A stretch of 64,000 nt of DNA from a virus: IMG/VR virus record IMGVR_UViG_3300034004_000005; one strand, given 5' to 3'. The notes beneath the pieces are model-generated. The model had not been told where the DNA came from, did no database searches, and worked only from the letters and a program-made list of their open reading frames with translations. Made by a program: the position numbers and the translations under genes. Of this stretch, positions 38,057 through 46,945 are shown piece by piece. Each line of letters starts with the position of its first letter. Position 1 is the stretch's first letter.

Positions 38057-40663
38057 ATGATGCGTTACGCAGTCTTCACTGATGTCGAGGCATCAGCTTA
38101 TGACATCTGCATCCTGGTTCCGTCTATCCAGAAGGATGCGATCCAGGAAGCATATATCACCCCCTTCGGTATCAACCCCCAAGATGTTCTGAGCATAGAC
38201 CTTCACACCACCGGTAAGAAGACACCGATGGCTGAAATGAAGCAGTATATCGTCGAAGAACTTGTGCCGACCCTGACCGATCTAGGCGTGCAGTACCTGC
38301 TCGTCACCGATTCGGATTACTTCAAGGCGTTGACGAAAGCCAGCAAGGTTGAGGTCAACCTTGGCTATGTTCTCGATTGTGCGTACGGCCCCTGGAAAAT
38401 TGCCTACGCACCGAACTATCGGGCTATTTTCTTCGACCCGGATAAGGTCAAATCCAAAATCTCCCTCGCAGTTCGCGCAATCCTCGATCACCGAGGCGGG
38501 AACTATCAGCTGCCGGGGAACGAAATCATTCGTTTCGCCGCCTACCCCCAGACCGATGAGGAAATCGAACATTGGCTGGAGCGACTCATCCTCGAAGATC
38601 GACCACTCACCTGTGATATTGAGGCCTTTAGTCTCAAGCACCACACGGCTGGCATCGGCACGATCACTCTTTGCTGGAATAAGCATGAGGGTATCGCCTT
38701 CCCCGTTGATTACGACCCAATTCATGATGCTGTCGAAGCTCCCTACGGACGTCAAGTGCGTAATGAACGGCGACGCAAAGCGTTGCTCTCTTTCTTCCTG
38801 AGGTTCCAGCAGAAGCTCATCTACCACTCGATCAGTTACGACGTGTACGTCCTGATCTATCAACTTTTCATGGAGCACCTGCTCGACACGAAAGGGTGCT
38901 TACTAGGTCTGGAGGTCATGCTTCGGAACTGGGAAGATACCAAGCTAGTCACCTACCTGGCTACCAATTCCTGTGCTGGAAATGAGCTCAGCCTTAAAAA
39001 GCAAGCTCACGAGTACGCTGGCAACTACGCTCAAGAAGAGATCAAGGATATCACGCGGATCCGGCTCCCTGAGCTGCTCCAATACAATCTGGTGGATGGT
39101 CTCTCCACCTGGTTCTGCTTGGAAAAGCACTGGGACCAGATGATCGCAGATCAGCAATTCCAGATCTACGAGGAAATCTTCAAGCCAGCCATCGTCGACA
39201 TCGTGCAGATGCAACTCACCGGTATGCCGGTGAATATGCCGCGAGCTAAAGAGGTAAGCCTCAAGCTCGATGCTGAACTTCTGGTTGCCTATGACAAGAT
39301 CATGTCGTCGCCGATTATTCAGCAGTACACTTACCAGCTGGATCTGAAGCATATCGCTAAGCGAAACGCTGAACTCAAAAAGAAACAGATCAAGCTTGGC
39401 GACGAGCCTCAGATCTTCAATCCGAATAGCGATCCGCAAATGCGGGAGCTGCTTTTCGACATGCTCCAGCTTCCGGTAATCAATCTCACCGACAGCAAGC
39501 TACCAAGTACAGACGGAGAGACAATCGAAGCTCTGCTTAATCGGGTCACCGATCCGCAGATCAAAGAGCTGCTCGAAGCCTTCCAGCTTTATGCCATCAT
39601 TGGCACCCTGACGACGAATTTCATGCCGTCGATTCTAGGGGCCGTAGAAGGCCCTGACGGTTGGCACTACCTGTTCGGCAACTTCAACCTCGGTGGCACA
39701 CTCTCGGGTCGCCTGAGCTCATCTGGGCCCAATCTCCAGAACCTGCCCTCAACCGGCAAGGGTCATAAGATCAAGCTCACCTATGCGAAGATGATCAAGA
39801 GCTGCTTTGCTGCTCCTCCAGGATGGATCTTTGCCGGGCTCGACTTCTCCTCCCTGGAGGATCGAATCTCAGCCCTGACCACCAAGGATCCAAACAAGCT
39901 CAAGGTTTATACCGATGGCTACGATGGTCACTCTCTCCGAGCCTATAACTATTGGCCGGATAAGATGCCTGACATCGATCCTAATTCGGTCGAAAGCATC
40001 AACTCGGTACAGAAAAAATATAAGCCGCTTCGTGATAAGTCGAAGAACCCAACCTTCACGCTCACATATCAGGGCACTAAACATGCTCTGATGAAGAAGT
40101 ATGGTTTTACCGAAGCTGAAGCTGAGGAAGTCGTTGCCCGTTATAACTCGCTCTACCAGGTCAGCATTGACTGGGTGAACGATAAGCTCAATCAGGCTAT
40201 GCGTGATGGCTACATCACAGCTGCGTTCGGTCTACGCCTGAGAACACCTCTGCTCAAGCAAGTGATTCGTGGTACCAGTCGCACACCTTATGAGGCTGAA
40301 GCCGAAGGACGCACAGCAGGTAATGCTCTCGGCCAGAGCTGGTGTATCCTTAACAGCAGAGCTGCATCTGAATTTATGAACAAGGTCCGGAAGTCCCAGT
40401 TCCGTCTGGACATTCGACCGTCAGCTCAGATCCACGACGCCAGCTATTATCTCATCCGTGACGATATTGATCCGATACTCTATACGAATGAGCACCTGGT
40501 TAAAGCAGCTGAATGGCAGGAGCATCCTGACATCGCTCATGACGAGGTGAAACTGGGAGGTGAGCTTTCAATCTTCCATCCGGACTGGAGCAAAGAAATC
40601 ACGATTCCCAACCACGCAACAGCTGATCAGATCTTTTCGATCATCGCGGAAAGTACGGCTTAG
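38057..40663 (+). CDS. Family A DNA polymerase with 3'-5' exonuclease domain
   Basis: Exo I is LTCDIEAFSL. GRLSSSGPNLQNLP is present. Motif A is FAGLDFSSLEDRI, motif B is RDKSKNPTFTLTYQG and motif C is SAQIHDASYY. Confidence 0.9.
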   Translation: MMRYAVFTDVEASAYDICILVPSIQKDAIQEAYITPFGINPQDVLSIDLHTTGKKTPMAEMKQYIVEELVPTLTDLGVQYLLVTDSDYFKALTKASKVEVNLGYVLDCAYGPWKIAYAPNYRAIFFDPDKVKSKISLAVRAILDHRGGNYQLPGNEIIRFAAYPQTDEEIEHWLERLILEDRPLTCDIEAFSLKHHTAGIGTITLCWNKHEGIAFPVDYDPIHDAVEAPYGRQVRNERRRKALLSFFLRFQQKLIYHSISYDVYVLIYQLFMEHLLDTKGCLLGLEVMLRNWEDTKLVTYLATNSCAGNELSLKKQAHEYAGNYAQEEIKDITRIRLPELLQYNLVDGLSTWFCLEKHWDQMIADQQFQIYEEIFKPAIVDIVQMQLTGMPVNMPRAKEVSLKLDAELLVAYDKIMSSPIIQQYTYQLDLKHIAKRNAELKKKQIKLGDEPQIFNPNSDPQMRELLFDMLQLPVINLTDSKLPSTDGETIEALLNRVTDPQIKELLEAFQLYAIIGTLTTNFMPSILGAVEGPDGWHYLFGNFNLGGTLSGRLSSSGPNLQNLPSTGKGHKIKLTYAKMIKSCFAAPPGWIFAGLDFSSLEDRISALTTKDPNKLKVYTDGYDGHSLRAYNYWPDKMPDIDPNSVESINSVQKKYKPLRDKSKNPTFTLTYQGTKHALMKKYGFTEAEAEEVVARYNSLYQVSIDWVNDKLNQAMRDGYITAAFGLRLRTPLLKQVIRGTSRTPYEAEAEGRTAGNALGQSWCILNSRAASEFMNKVRKSQFRLDIRPSAQIHDASYYLIRDDIDPILYTNEHLVKAAEWQEHPDIAHDEVKLGGELSIFHPDWSKEITIPNHATADQIFSIIAESTA

Positions 40664-40776
40664 AGGCCGCTTGCAGCCACTGTCAGACCCAGTTATGGTC
40701 TGTTTTCTCGGGTCTCTGCCCACAGAGAAAAACCTCAAGATATCTTTCGGGCAAGACCACCCAGCGAGGGGAATTT

Positions 40777-41094
40777 ATGAACAGACTGAAGCAGCACTAT
40801 CACCATGTCTGTGGCCTGGTGATGTTCCAAACACCTGGCGGTAACGCTATGGGTACGGCGACCGTCAACACCGTGCTTCGGAGTGACAGTCAAAACGTCC
40901 CTGCACGTCAGATTGGTCGAGCTCAGCAAGCGATGCAGATGAGCTTCCATGAGCAGGCTCAGGATCCCAGTATCCAGGTTGTCGGCTTGCCGATCATCTC
41001 GATCAGTTATCTCGGTTTCATGACCGAGAAGGAGTTCAACGCACCTCCTGAGGGTATGGCCCTCAAGGAAGTCGGTGGACCGAAGCTCAACTGA
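40777..41094 (+). CDS. Hypothetical protein (105 aa)
   Basis: GAGGGGA SD. No motif recognised. Confidence 0.55.
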   Translation: MNRLKQHYHHVCGLVMFQTPGGNAMGTATVNTVLRSDSQNVPARQIGRAQQAMQMSFHEQAQDPSIQVVGLPIISISYLGFMTEKEFNAPPEGMALKEVGGPKLN

Positions 41095-41438
41095 TGGCTG
41101 ATCTGGAAAGCGCAAAAGTCGCACTCACTCCGCAGCAGCTGTTTGATGCTCAAATCCGAGCATCTGAAGCCGTCAATCATCCCGCTCACTATGGGGGCGG
41201 GAACAACCCATACGAAGCGATCAAGGTGATTGAAGCCTGGGAACTCGGTTTCTGCCTTGGTAATACAGTGAAATACATCAGCCGAGCTGGACGAAAAGTT
41301 ATGCGAGCTGATCTATTCACTACTCCTGCTGAACATGACGCAGCTATGGCTAAGGCTCGTCTCGAAGATCTCCAGAAAGCCCGTTGGTATCTCGACCGTG
41401 AGATCCAGCAGGCCCAGAAGTCAGTCACTCAAGGCTGA
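41094..41438 (+). CDS. DUF3310-family protein
   Basis: VNHPAHYGGGNNPYEAIKVIEAWELGFCLGNTVKYISRAGRK is the DUF3310 signature (HP.HY...E.I..I......F..GN..KY..R...K). Confidence 0.7.
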   Translation: MADLESAKVALTPQQLFDAQIRASEAVNHPAHYGGGNNPYEAIKVIEAWELGFCLGNTVKYISRAGRKVMRADLFTTPAEHDAAMAKARLEDLQKARWYLDREIQQAQKSVTQG

Positions 41439-41454
41439 CATACAAGGAGGTGTT

Positions 41455-41529
41455 ATGTTCGCATGGCCGTGGTTGGTCGCTATCGCTGAGGACGCTTTGA
41501 AAGCTTGGTTGCTGAGTAAGATCCTCTGA
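41455..41529 (+). CDS. 24-aa amphipathic micro-protein
   Basis: Very strong SD AAGGAGGTG 5 nt before the ATG. Sequence: MFAWPWLVAIAEDALKAWLLSKIL. Confidence 0.4.
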   Translation: MFAWPWLVAIAEDALKAWLLSKIL

Positions 41530-41596
41530 ACATTCCACCAGGCCGGGATTGAAAGATCCCGGCCAACCTTGTCCTCAACATCCCAGGGGGAGCATT

Positions 41597-42583
41597 ATGC
41601 GTATCACCAATAACATGGGCATCAACTTGCCCCTGGCAGTTTGGCTGCTTCATGACGAGTACGACTTCGTTCGTAACGTCAAGAATTACATCTCGGTCAC
41701 TACTTTAATGCGACCGATCCGTCAGATCGTTCTCCCCACTCGCATTCCTGATGAGGAACGCGAATCAGATGTGAGCGAGTTCATCGCCCGCAAGCTCGGC
41801 AATGCCATTCACGATAGCATCGAGCGTGCCTGGACCAGCGGCTATCAGCGATCCCTGGAGCTGCTTGGTTATCCGAACGATGTAATCGCTCGGGTTCGGA
41901 TCAATCCCACTGATGAAGAGCTGGCTGCAAAGCCAGACATCATCCCAGTTTACCTGGAGCAACGTGGTCTTCGTGAAATCGGAGACCACACAGTCGGCGG
42001 CAAGTTCGACATGGTGACTGAAGGTATCGTCAACGATACCAAGAGCACATCCGTCTGGTCCTGGATCAAGGGAACCAGAGAGGATGAGCACCAGCTCCAG
42101 ATGAGCCTGTATCGCTGGATCGACAATGCTCGTCCACGGCCTCGGATCACCGAGGACTACGGCCAGGTGAACTACGTCTTCACCGACTGGTCGAAGGGTA
42201 TGCTTCGGAGCATCGACGGCTACCCTGAACGTCGAGTCATGGAGAAGCGTGTTCCGCTCCTCAGTCTGGCTGATACCGAACACTGGGTTCGTTGGAAGCT
42301 GGCTGAGATCCAGAAATATCAGAACCTCCCACAGGACCAGATCCCGGAGTGCAACGACGAAGAGCTATGGCGTTCAGAGCCCAGCTATCGGTACTTCACC
42401 GATCCGGCAAAGGCCCAGACTCCTGGGGCCAAGAGCACCAAGAACTTCACCAGTCTCACTGAAGCTAATGCCCATAGGGCATCAAAAGGCGTCGGTGTTG
42501 TTGTCACCAAGCTCGGAGAAGTGAAGGCCTGCGGCTATTGCCCTGCCTTTCGCGGTTGCTCCCAGAAGGACAAGTATCAATGA
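41597..42583 (+). CDS. PD-(D/E)XK (RecB/Cas4-like) exonuclease with C-terminal Cys cluster
   Basis: ATG 41597 after GGGGGAG. Motifs are GGKFDMV, IVNDTKST (D/ExK) and QLQMSLYRW (QxxxY). Four Cys (C...C-x2-C-x5-C: ECNDEE...CGYCPAFRGC) are arranged as in Fe-S Cas4/AddB nucleases. Confidence 0.65.
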   Translation: MRITNNMGINLPLAVWLLHDEYDFVRNVKNYISVTTLMRPIRQIVLPTRIPDEERESDVSEFIARKLGNAIHDSIERAWTSGYQRSLELLGYPNDVIARVRINPTDEELAAKPDIIPVYLEQRGLREIGDHTVGGKFDMVTEGIVNDTKSTSVWSWIKGTREDEHQLQMSLYRWIDNARPRPRITEDYGQVNYVFTDWSKGMLRSIDGYPERRVMEKRVPLLSLADTEHWVRWKLAEIQKYQNLPQDQIPECNDEELWRSEPSYRYFTDPAKAQTPGAKSTKNFTSLTEANAHRASKGVGVVVTKLGEVKACGYCPAFRGCSQKDKYQ

Positions 42584-44730
42584 TCGACTTAACGGGCGTC
42601 AAACACCACCAGGCGGTCACCGAGATCGTCGACGTGTTGTGTAATAAGACCCAGAACACAGATCGCGGTTTCTTCCAAACCGAGACTGCATACTTCCTCT
42701 CGAAGATGGCCAGCTCTATGCGTGCTGTCATCTCGACCAAGGACCGGGGTGATATCCCGGTGAACCTCTATGCCTTGGCTCTGGCTACTTCCGGTTACGG
42801 TAAGGGCCACTCCGTCTCGATCATCGAGGAGGAGATCATGAAGCCGTTTCGTAAGCGGTTCATGGATGACACCTTTCAGATCATCGCTGAGAAGCATCTG
42901 TGGGATGTCGCCAATGCCCGAGCAGCACGGAACGGAACTGCCCAGCAAGAAGAGTTCGACAAAGCCGTTCGTGAGTTCACCTCTGCCGGGGCCTTTCCTT
43001 TCACCTTCGACAGCGGAACGCCTCCTGCCGTTAAACAGCTCCGACACAAGCTGCTGCTGGCGAACTGTGGCTCCATTAATCTTCAGATCGATGAAATCGG
43101 GTCCAACCTGATCACCAACACAGACGTCCTCACGCTTTTCCTGGAGCTCTTTGATCAGGGCCGAGTGAAGCAGAAGCTCGTCAAGAATACCGCTGACAAC
43201 AGTCGGCATGAGGAAGTCGACGGTAAAACCCCGAGCAACATGCTGTTGTTTGGTACTCCATCCAAGCTGTTCGATGGTCACCAGACCGAAGACCAGTTCT
43301 ACGACTTCCTCGAAACGGGTTATGCTCGTCGGTGCATCTTCGGCCTGGGACTTCACCACAAACGTGCCAGCGAGGTCCTGACACCGGAGGAAACCTATCT
43401 TCGGCTGACGGCACCTAATAATAATGCAGCTGTCAACCGCTGGGCCATGCACTTCCACAAGCTCGCTGATCCAGCGATGTTTGGCTGGAAAATGGATGTG
43501 CCCGATGCCGTAGGCATTCGAAACATCGAATACCGGATGGCCTGTGAGCGGTTCGCTGACAGCCTGCCAGAGCATGAAGAGATCCGGAAGGCCGAGATCT
43601 CCCATCGCTACTTCAAAGCCCTCAAGCTGGCCGGAGCGTACGCCTTCGTGGACCAGAGCTCAGAAATCGAGCTCGACCATCTCATGTCGGCTATCCTCCT
43701 GGTTGAGGAGTCAGGGACTGCTTTCCAGCAGATCCTGAGCCGCGAGAAGGCCTATGTGAAGCTGGCCAAGTACATCGCCGATGTTGGCGAAGACGTCACC
43801 CATGCTGATCTTCTCGAAGCTCTGCCATTCTACAAGGCGGGCAATGCAGCTCGGAACGAGATGATGACCCTGGCAACAGCCTGGGGCTACAAAAAGCACA
43901 TCATCATCAAGAAGAGCTTCGTCGATGGGATCGAGTTCTTCCGGGGTGCAAAGCTCCAGGAGACTGATCTCAACGAAATCATCGTAAGCTACAGCGACCA
44001 CTGGGCTTACAACTATCAAGCTGAGAAGGTCCCCTTCGACCAGCTTCACCTGATGACACAGGCGCCAGGATATCACTGGGCCAACCATCAGTTCAAGAAT
44101 AACCACCGGGCAGAAGAGAATGTTCTTCCGGGTTTCAACATGGTGGCAATCGATGTGGACGGCGATGTTCGCCTAGAGATCGTCCATGATCTACTGAAGG
44201 AATACAAATTCCTGACGTACACCACCAAGCGACACACCGAAGAGCAGCATCGCTTTCGATTGATGCTCCCGATCAACTACCATCTGGAGCTCGATAGCGA
44301 CGAGTATAAAGAGTTCATGAACTCCCTGATGCTCTGGCTTCCGTTCAAAACAGACGAGAGTGCCAACCAGCGTTCGAAGAAATGGGAGACATTCGACGGC
44401 GGCACCTACCGGTATAACCTGGAAGGTGAGCTGCTCGATGCCCTGGACTTCATTCCGAAGACCAGTCGCAACGAACAGTACCGGGCCCAGAACAAAGAGC
44501 TGCAAAGCCTCGACAACCTGGAGCGTTGGTTTGCTGTCCGGATCGCTGAAGGCAACCGCAGCAACCAGATGATCAAGTTCGCCTTGGCTCTGGTCGATGG
44601 CGGCATGTCACTCCTGGATGTTTCCAACCAGGTCCATGCGTTCAACAAGAAGCTCAACAATCCGCTAAGCGAAACCGAGATCGATAGTACGATCCTAGTT
44701 ACGGTCGCCAAGCGGTATCAACGAGCATAA
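42580..44730 (+). CDS. DNA primase / replication protein (AEP-type DxD, PriCT-like C-terminus)
   Basis: ATG 42580 overlaps the upstream stop (ATGA). P-loop-like TSGYGKGHS in the N-terminal half. FNMVAIDVDGD...HRFRLMLPIN resembles archaeo-eukaryotic primase catalytic motifs. Near the C-terminus, NRSNQMIKFALALVDGG...SETEI resembles PriCT. Confidence 0.55.
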   Translation: MIDLTGVKHHQAVTEIVDVLCNKTQNTDRGFFQTETAYFLSKMASSMRAVISTKDRGDIPVNLYALALATSGYGKGHSVSIIEEEIMKPFRKRFMDDTFQIIAEKHLWDVANARAARNGTAQQEEFDKAVREFTSAGAFPFTFDSGTPPAVKQLRHKLLLANCGSINLQIDEIGSNLITNTDVLTLFLELFDQGRVKQKLVKNTADNSRHEEVDGKTPSNMLLFGTPSKLFDGHQTEDQFYDFLETGYARRCIFGLGLHHKRASEVLTPEETYLRLTAPNNNAAVNRWAMHFHKLADPAMFGWKMDVPDAVGIRNIEYRMACERFADSLPEHEEIRKAEISHRYFKALKLAGAYAFVDQSSEIELDHLMSAILLVEESGTAFQQILSREKAYVKLAKYIADVGEDVTHADLLEALPFYKAGNAARNEMMTLATAWGYKKHIIIKKSFVDGIEFFRGAKLQETDLNEIIVSYSDHWAYNYQAEKVPFDQLHLMTQAPGYHWANHQFKNNHRAEENVLPGFNMVAIDVDGDVRLEIVHDLLKEYKFLTYTTKRHTEEQHRFRLMLPINYHLELDSDEYKEFMNSLMLWLPFKTDESANQRSKKWETFDGGTYRYNLEGELLDALDFIPKTSRNEQYRAQNKELQSLDNLERWFAVRIAEGNRSNQMIKFALALVDGGMSLLDVSNQVHAFNKKLNNPLSETEIDSTILVTVAKRYQRA

Positions 44731-44733
44731 TCA

Positions 44734-44790
44734 CTTCAAGCGAAGCAGTAGCTCTTTTCTTGGTTCGAGAATCTGCTGCTTCGCTTGGAG
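44734..44790 (+). promoter_or_regulatory. 15-bp leader stem abutting the SD of the ATPase gene
   Basis: CTTCAAGCGAAGCAG (44734-44748) pairs with CTGCTTCGCTTGGAG (44776-44790). The core is a perfect 12 bp. The 27-nt loop contains TTTCTTGGTTCGAG. The 3' arm runs directly into CCAAGGAGA. Confidence 0.55.
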
Positions 44791-44806
44791 CCAAGGAGAA
44801 TAAGTA

Positions 44807-45547
44807 ATGTCCGACGCCACACAAAATCCTCAACTTGTGCTGATCGGTGGCACATCCGGAGGAGGCAAATCGGCTTCGCTCCGGAACATCCGAAACAAGA
44901 GTCGCTGGTTCTACCTGAACTGCGAGAACGGCAAACGACTGCCGTTCAAGAATGACTTCCAGTCATTCACGATTACCGAGCCGTATCAGATCTATGAGGC
45001 GTTCGATCACGCAACCAACAACGTGCCGAACGATGTTGATGGCGTCGTCATCGATACCATCACCTTCCTCATGGATATGTTCGAGAGCCAGTACATCCGG
45101 AACTCGACCAATAGCCAGAAGGCTTGGGGCGACTATGCCGATTATATTCGTGTGCTCTTCCAGCAGAAGGTCGCACTCTTCGGCAAGCCTGTTCTGGTCC
45201 TGGCTCACGTCCTCGATACGCTCGACGAAAAAGCGATGGAGATGAAGACCGCCGTCCCGGTGAAAGGTGCAACCAAGAACCAGGGTGTCGAAGCATTCTT
45301 CTCGACCGTCGTCGAAGCAACCAAGCTCCCGATCAAGGAGCTTGAACCCTACTCCTCTGAACTCCTCACCATCGAGGAAGAAGAAGAGCTGATCGGCGTC
45401 AAGCACGTCTTTCAGACCCGACTCACCAAGACCACTGTCGGGAAACGTATTCGTTCGCCAATGGGTATGTTTACTCGTGAACAGACCTTCATCGACAACG
45501 ATGCCCAGCGTTTGCTGGACCACCTGAAGGTTTTCTACGGCGTATAA
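44807..45547 (+). CDS. Core RecA-like / Sak4-like P-loop ATPase
   Basis: Walker A LIGGTSGGGKSAS and Walker B DGVVIDTITFL. About 245 aa. It sits next to the SSB and resolvase genes. Confidence 0.6.
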   Translation: MSDATQNPQLVLIGGTSGGGKSASLRNIRNKSRWFYLNCENGKRLPFKNDFQSFTITEPYQIYEAFDHATNNVPNDVDGVVIDTITFLMDMFESQYIRNSTNSQKAWGDYADYIRVLFQQKVALFGKPVLVLAHVLDTLDEKAMEMKTAVPVKGATKNQGVEAFFSTVVEATKLPIKELEPYSSELLTIEEEEELIGVKHVFQTRLTKTTVGKRIRSPMGMFTREQTFIDNDAQRLLDHLKVFYGV

Positions 45548-45595
45548 GACAAGTCGTCAGCCAACGAAAACTACAGCAACAAGGAAACGAAACAC

Positions 45596-46351
45596 ATGAG
45601 CCTGTTTGCAAATCTGAAGAGCGACGGTCTTGAAAAGACCGAAGATCGGGTCGGTGGCTTTCAGCCGCTCGAAACCGATGCCTACACTGGCACGATCAAG
45701 GCGTTCTACGCCACGAAGTCCCAGGGTGGAGCTAATGCCGTCAACGTGATCCTCGCCCTCGAAGGGGGCAAGGAGTACCGCGAGACGATCTACGTCACCA
45801 ATCGTAATGGTGAGAATTTCTATCTCAACCAGAACGACAAGACGAAGAAGGTCCCGCTGCCGGGCTTCGTGATCGCCGAGGACATCTGCCTCGTCACCGT
45901 CGACAAGCCCCTGTCGGACGTGATCTTCGAAGACAAGGTGATGAACATCTACGACCCGGAAGCCAAACGGGAAGTTCCGAAGTCAGTCCCGATGGCAACC
46001 GAGCTGCTCGGCAAGGAAGTCACCTTGGGCATCGTCAAGCAGACGGTGAACAAGAACGAGAAGGCCGGTGACGGCAGCTACGTTCCGACTGCCGACACCC
46101 GTGATGAGAACTTCACGGACAAGGTGTTCCACACCGGCACCAAGATGACCACCGTCGAGGCCCGCAATGGCAGCGAGGGAGCTGTCTTCTTCAACACCTG
46201 GGTCGAACGCAACAAGGGCAATACCCGTGACAAGCGTACGATCAAGGACGGCCAGGCCAGCAATGCCGGTCAGGCCGGGCGTCCGGGCGGTGGAGCTCCG
46301 GCTGCTGGAGCAGCTGGGGCAGCCCCGAAGAAGAGTCTCTTCGGCGGCTAA
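45596..46351 (+). CDS. ssb: Single-stranded DNA-binding protein (N4 gp45 position)
   Basis: 251 aa. Called by position between the replication and recombination genes. It has a globular N-domain followed by a Gly/Ala/Pro linker and the short tail KKSLFGG. The assignment is synteny-based. Confidence 0.5.
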   Translation: MSLFANLKSDGLEKTEDRVGGFQPLETDAYTGTIKAFYATKSQGGANAVNVILALEGGKEYRETIYVTNRNGENFYLNQNDKTKKVPLPGFVIAEDICLVTVDKPLSDVIFEDKVMNIYDPEAKREVPKSVPMATELLGKEVTLGIVKQTVNKNEKAGDGSYVPTADTRDENFTDKVFHTGTKMTTVEARNGSEGAVFFNTWVERNKGNTRDKRTIKDGQASNAGQAGRPGGGAPAAGAAGAAPKKSLFGG

Positions 46352-46370
46352 GTAAAGCGAGGGGCGAGCG

Positions 46371-46934
46371 ATGAAAATCTCCGTGCTAGGCATGGATCCC
46401 AGTCTCAGAAACTGGGGGCTCGCTTCGAGCTTCCTAGATCTTAAGACTGGTGTTCTTGATGATCCGAATCTTTCTCTGGTTCTCCCGTCAGATCTGAAGG
46501 GAAAACAGGTTCGGGTTAACTCGAATGACATGCACCTGGCTGAACAGCTGGCTGCCCCCGTCATCGCCGCTGCAAAGCAGGCGAAAGTCATTTTCGTTGA
46601 GGTTCCTGTCGGCTCTCAATCCGCCCGGGCAATGGCCTCTTATGGCGTTTGCGTGGGTTTGTTGGGAGCCGTCAGAGCCCTCGGTATTCCCCTAATCGAG
46701 GTCACCGCCAACGAAGTGAAGCTTGCACTTGCAGGCATCAAGAATGCTACCAAGCGTCAACAGATCGATGCAGCAGTAGCAGAGTATCCGTCTGCCAACT
46801 GGTCAACGATGTATCCTGGCCAGATGAAAGGCAAAGTACCAGACAAAGCAGAGCATTGTGCCGATGCTATTGGTGCAATTCATGCTGGAGTACGGACCTC
46901 CACCTTCCAACAACTCTTACGGCTTTACAGCTAG
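46371..46934 (+). CDS. RuvC-like Holliday junction resolvase
   Basis: MKISVLGMDPSLRNWGLA (first catalytic Asp), IFVEVPVGSQS (Glu) and EHCADAIGAIHAG (cf. RuvC DAADALAIA). Confidence 0.65.
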   Translation: MKISVLGMDPSLRNWGLASSFLDLKTGVLDDPNLSLVLPSDLKGKQVRVNSNDMHLAEQLAAPVIAAAKQAKVIFVEVPVGSQSARAMASYGVCVGLLGAVRALGIPLIEVTANEVKLALAGIKNATKRQQIDAAVAEYPSANWSTMYPGQMKGKVPDKAEHCADAIGAIHAGVRTSTFQQLLRLYS

Positions 46935-46945
46935 AAAGTCCCGAC

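Noticed and set aside
33081-43605. Large - strand ORFs inside rightward genes (33081..33533, 33752..34150, 34160..34885 of 241 aa, 38282..38878, 38945..39439, 42589..43605 of 338 aa)
   Set aside because: They are antisense to genes with clear catalytic motifs or repeat structure (rIIB-like, DNA polymerase, primase). They run opposite to the uniform operon direction and have no SDs.
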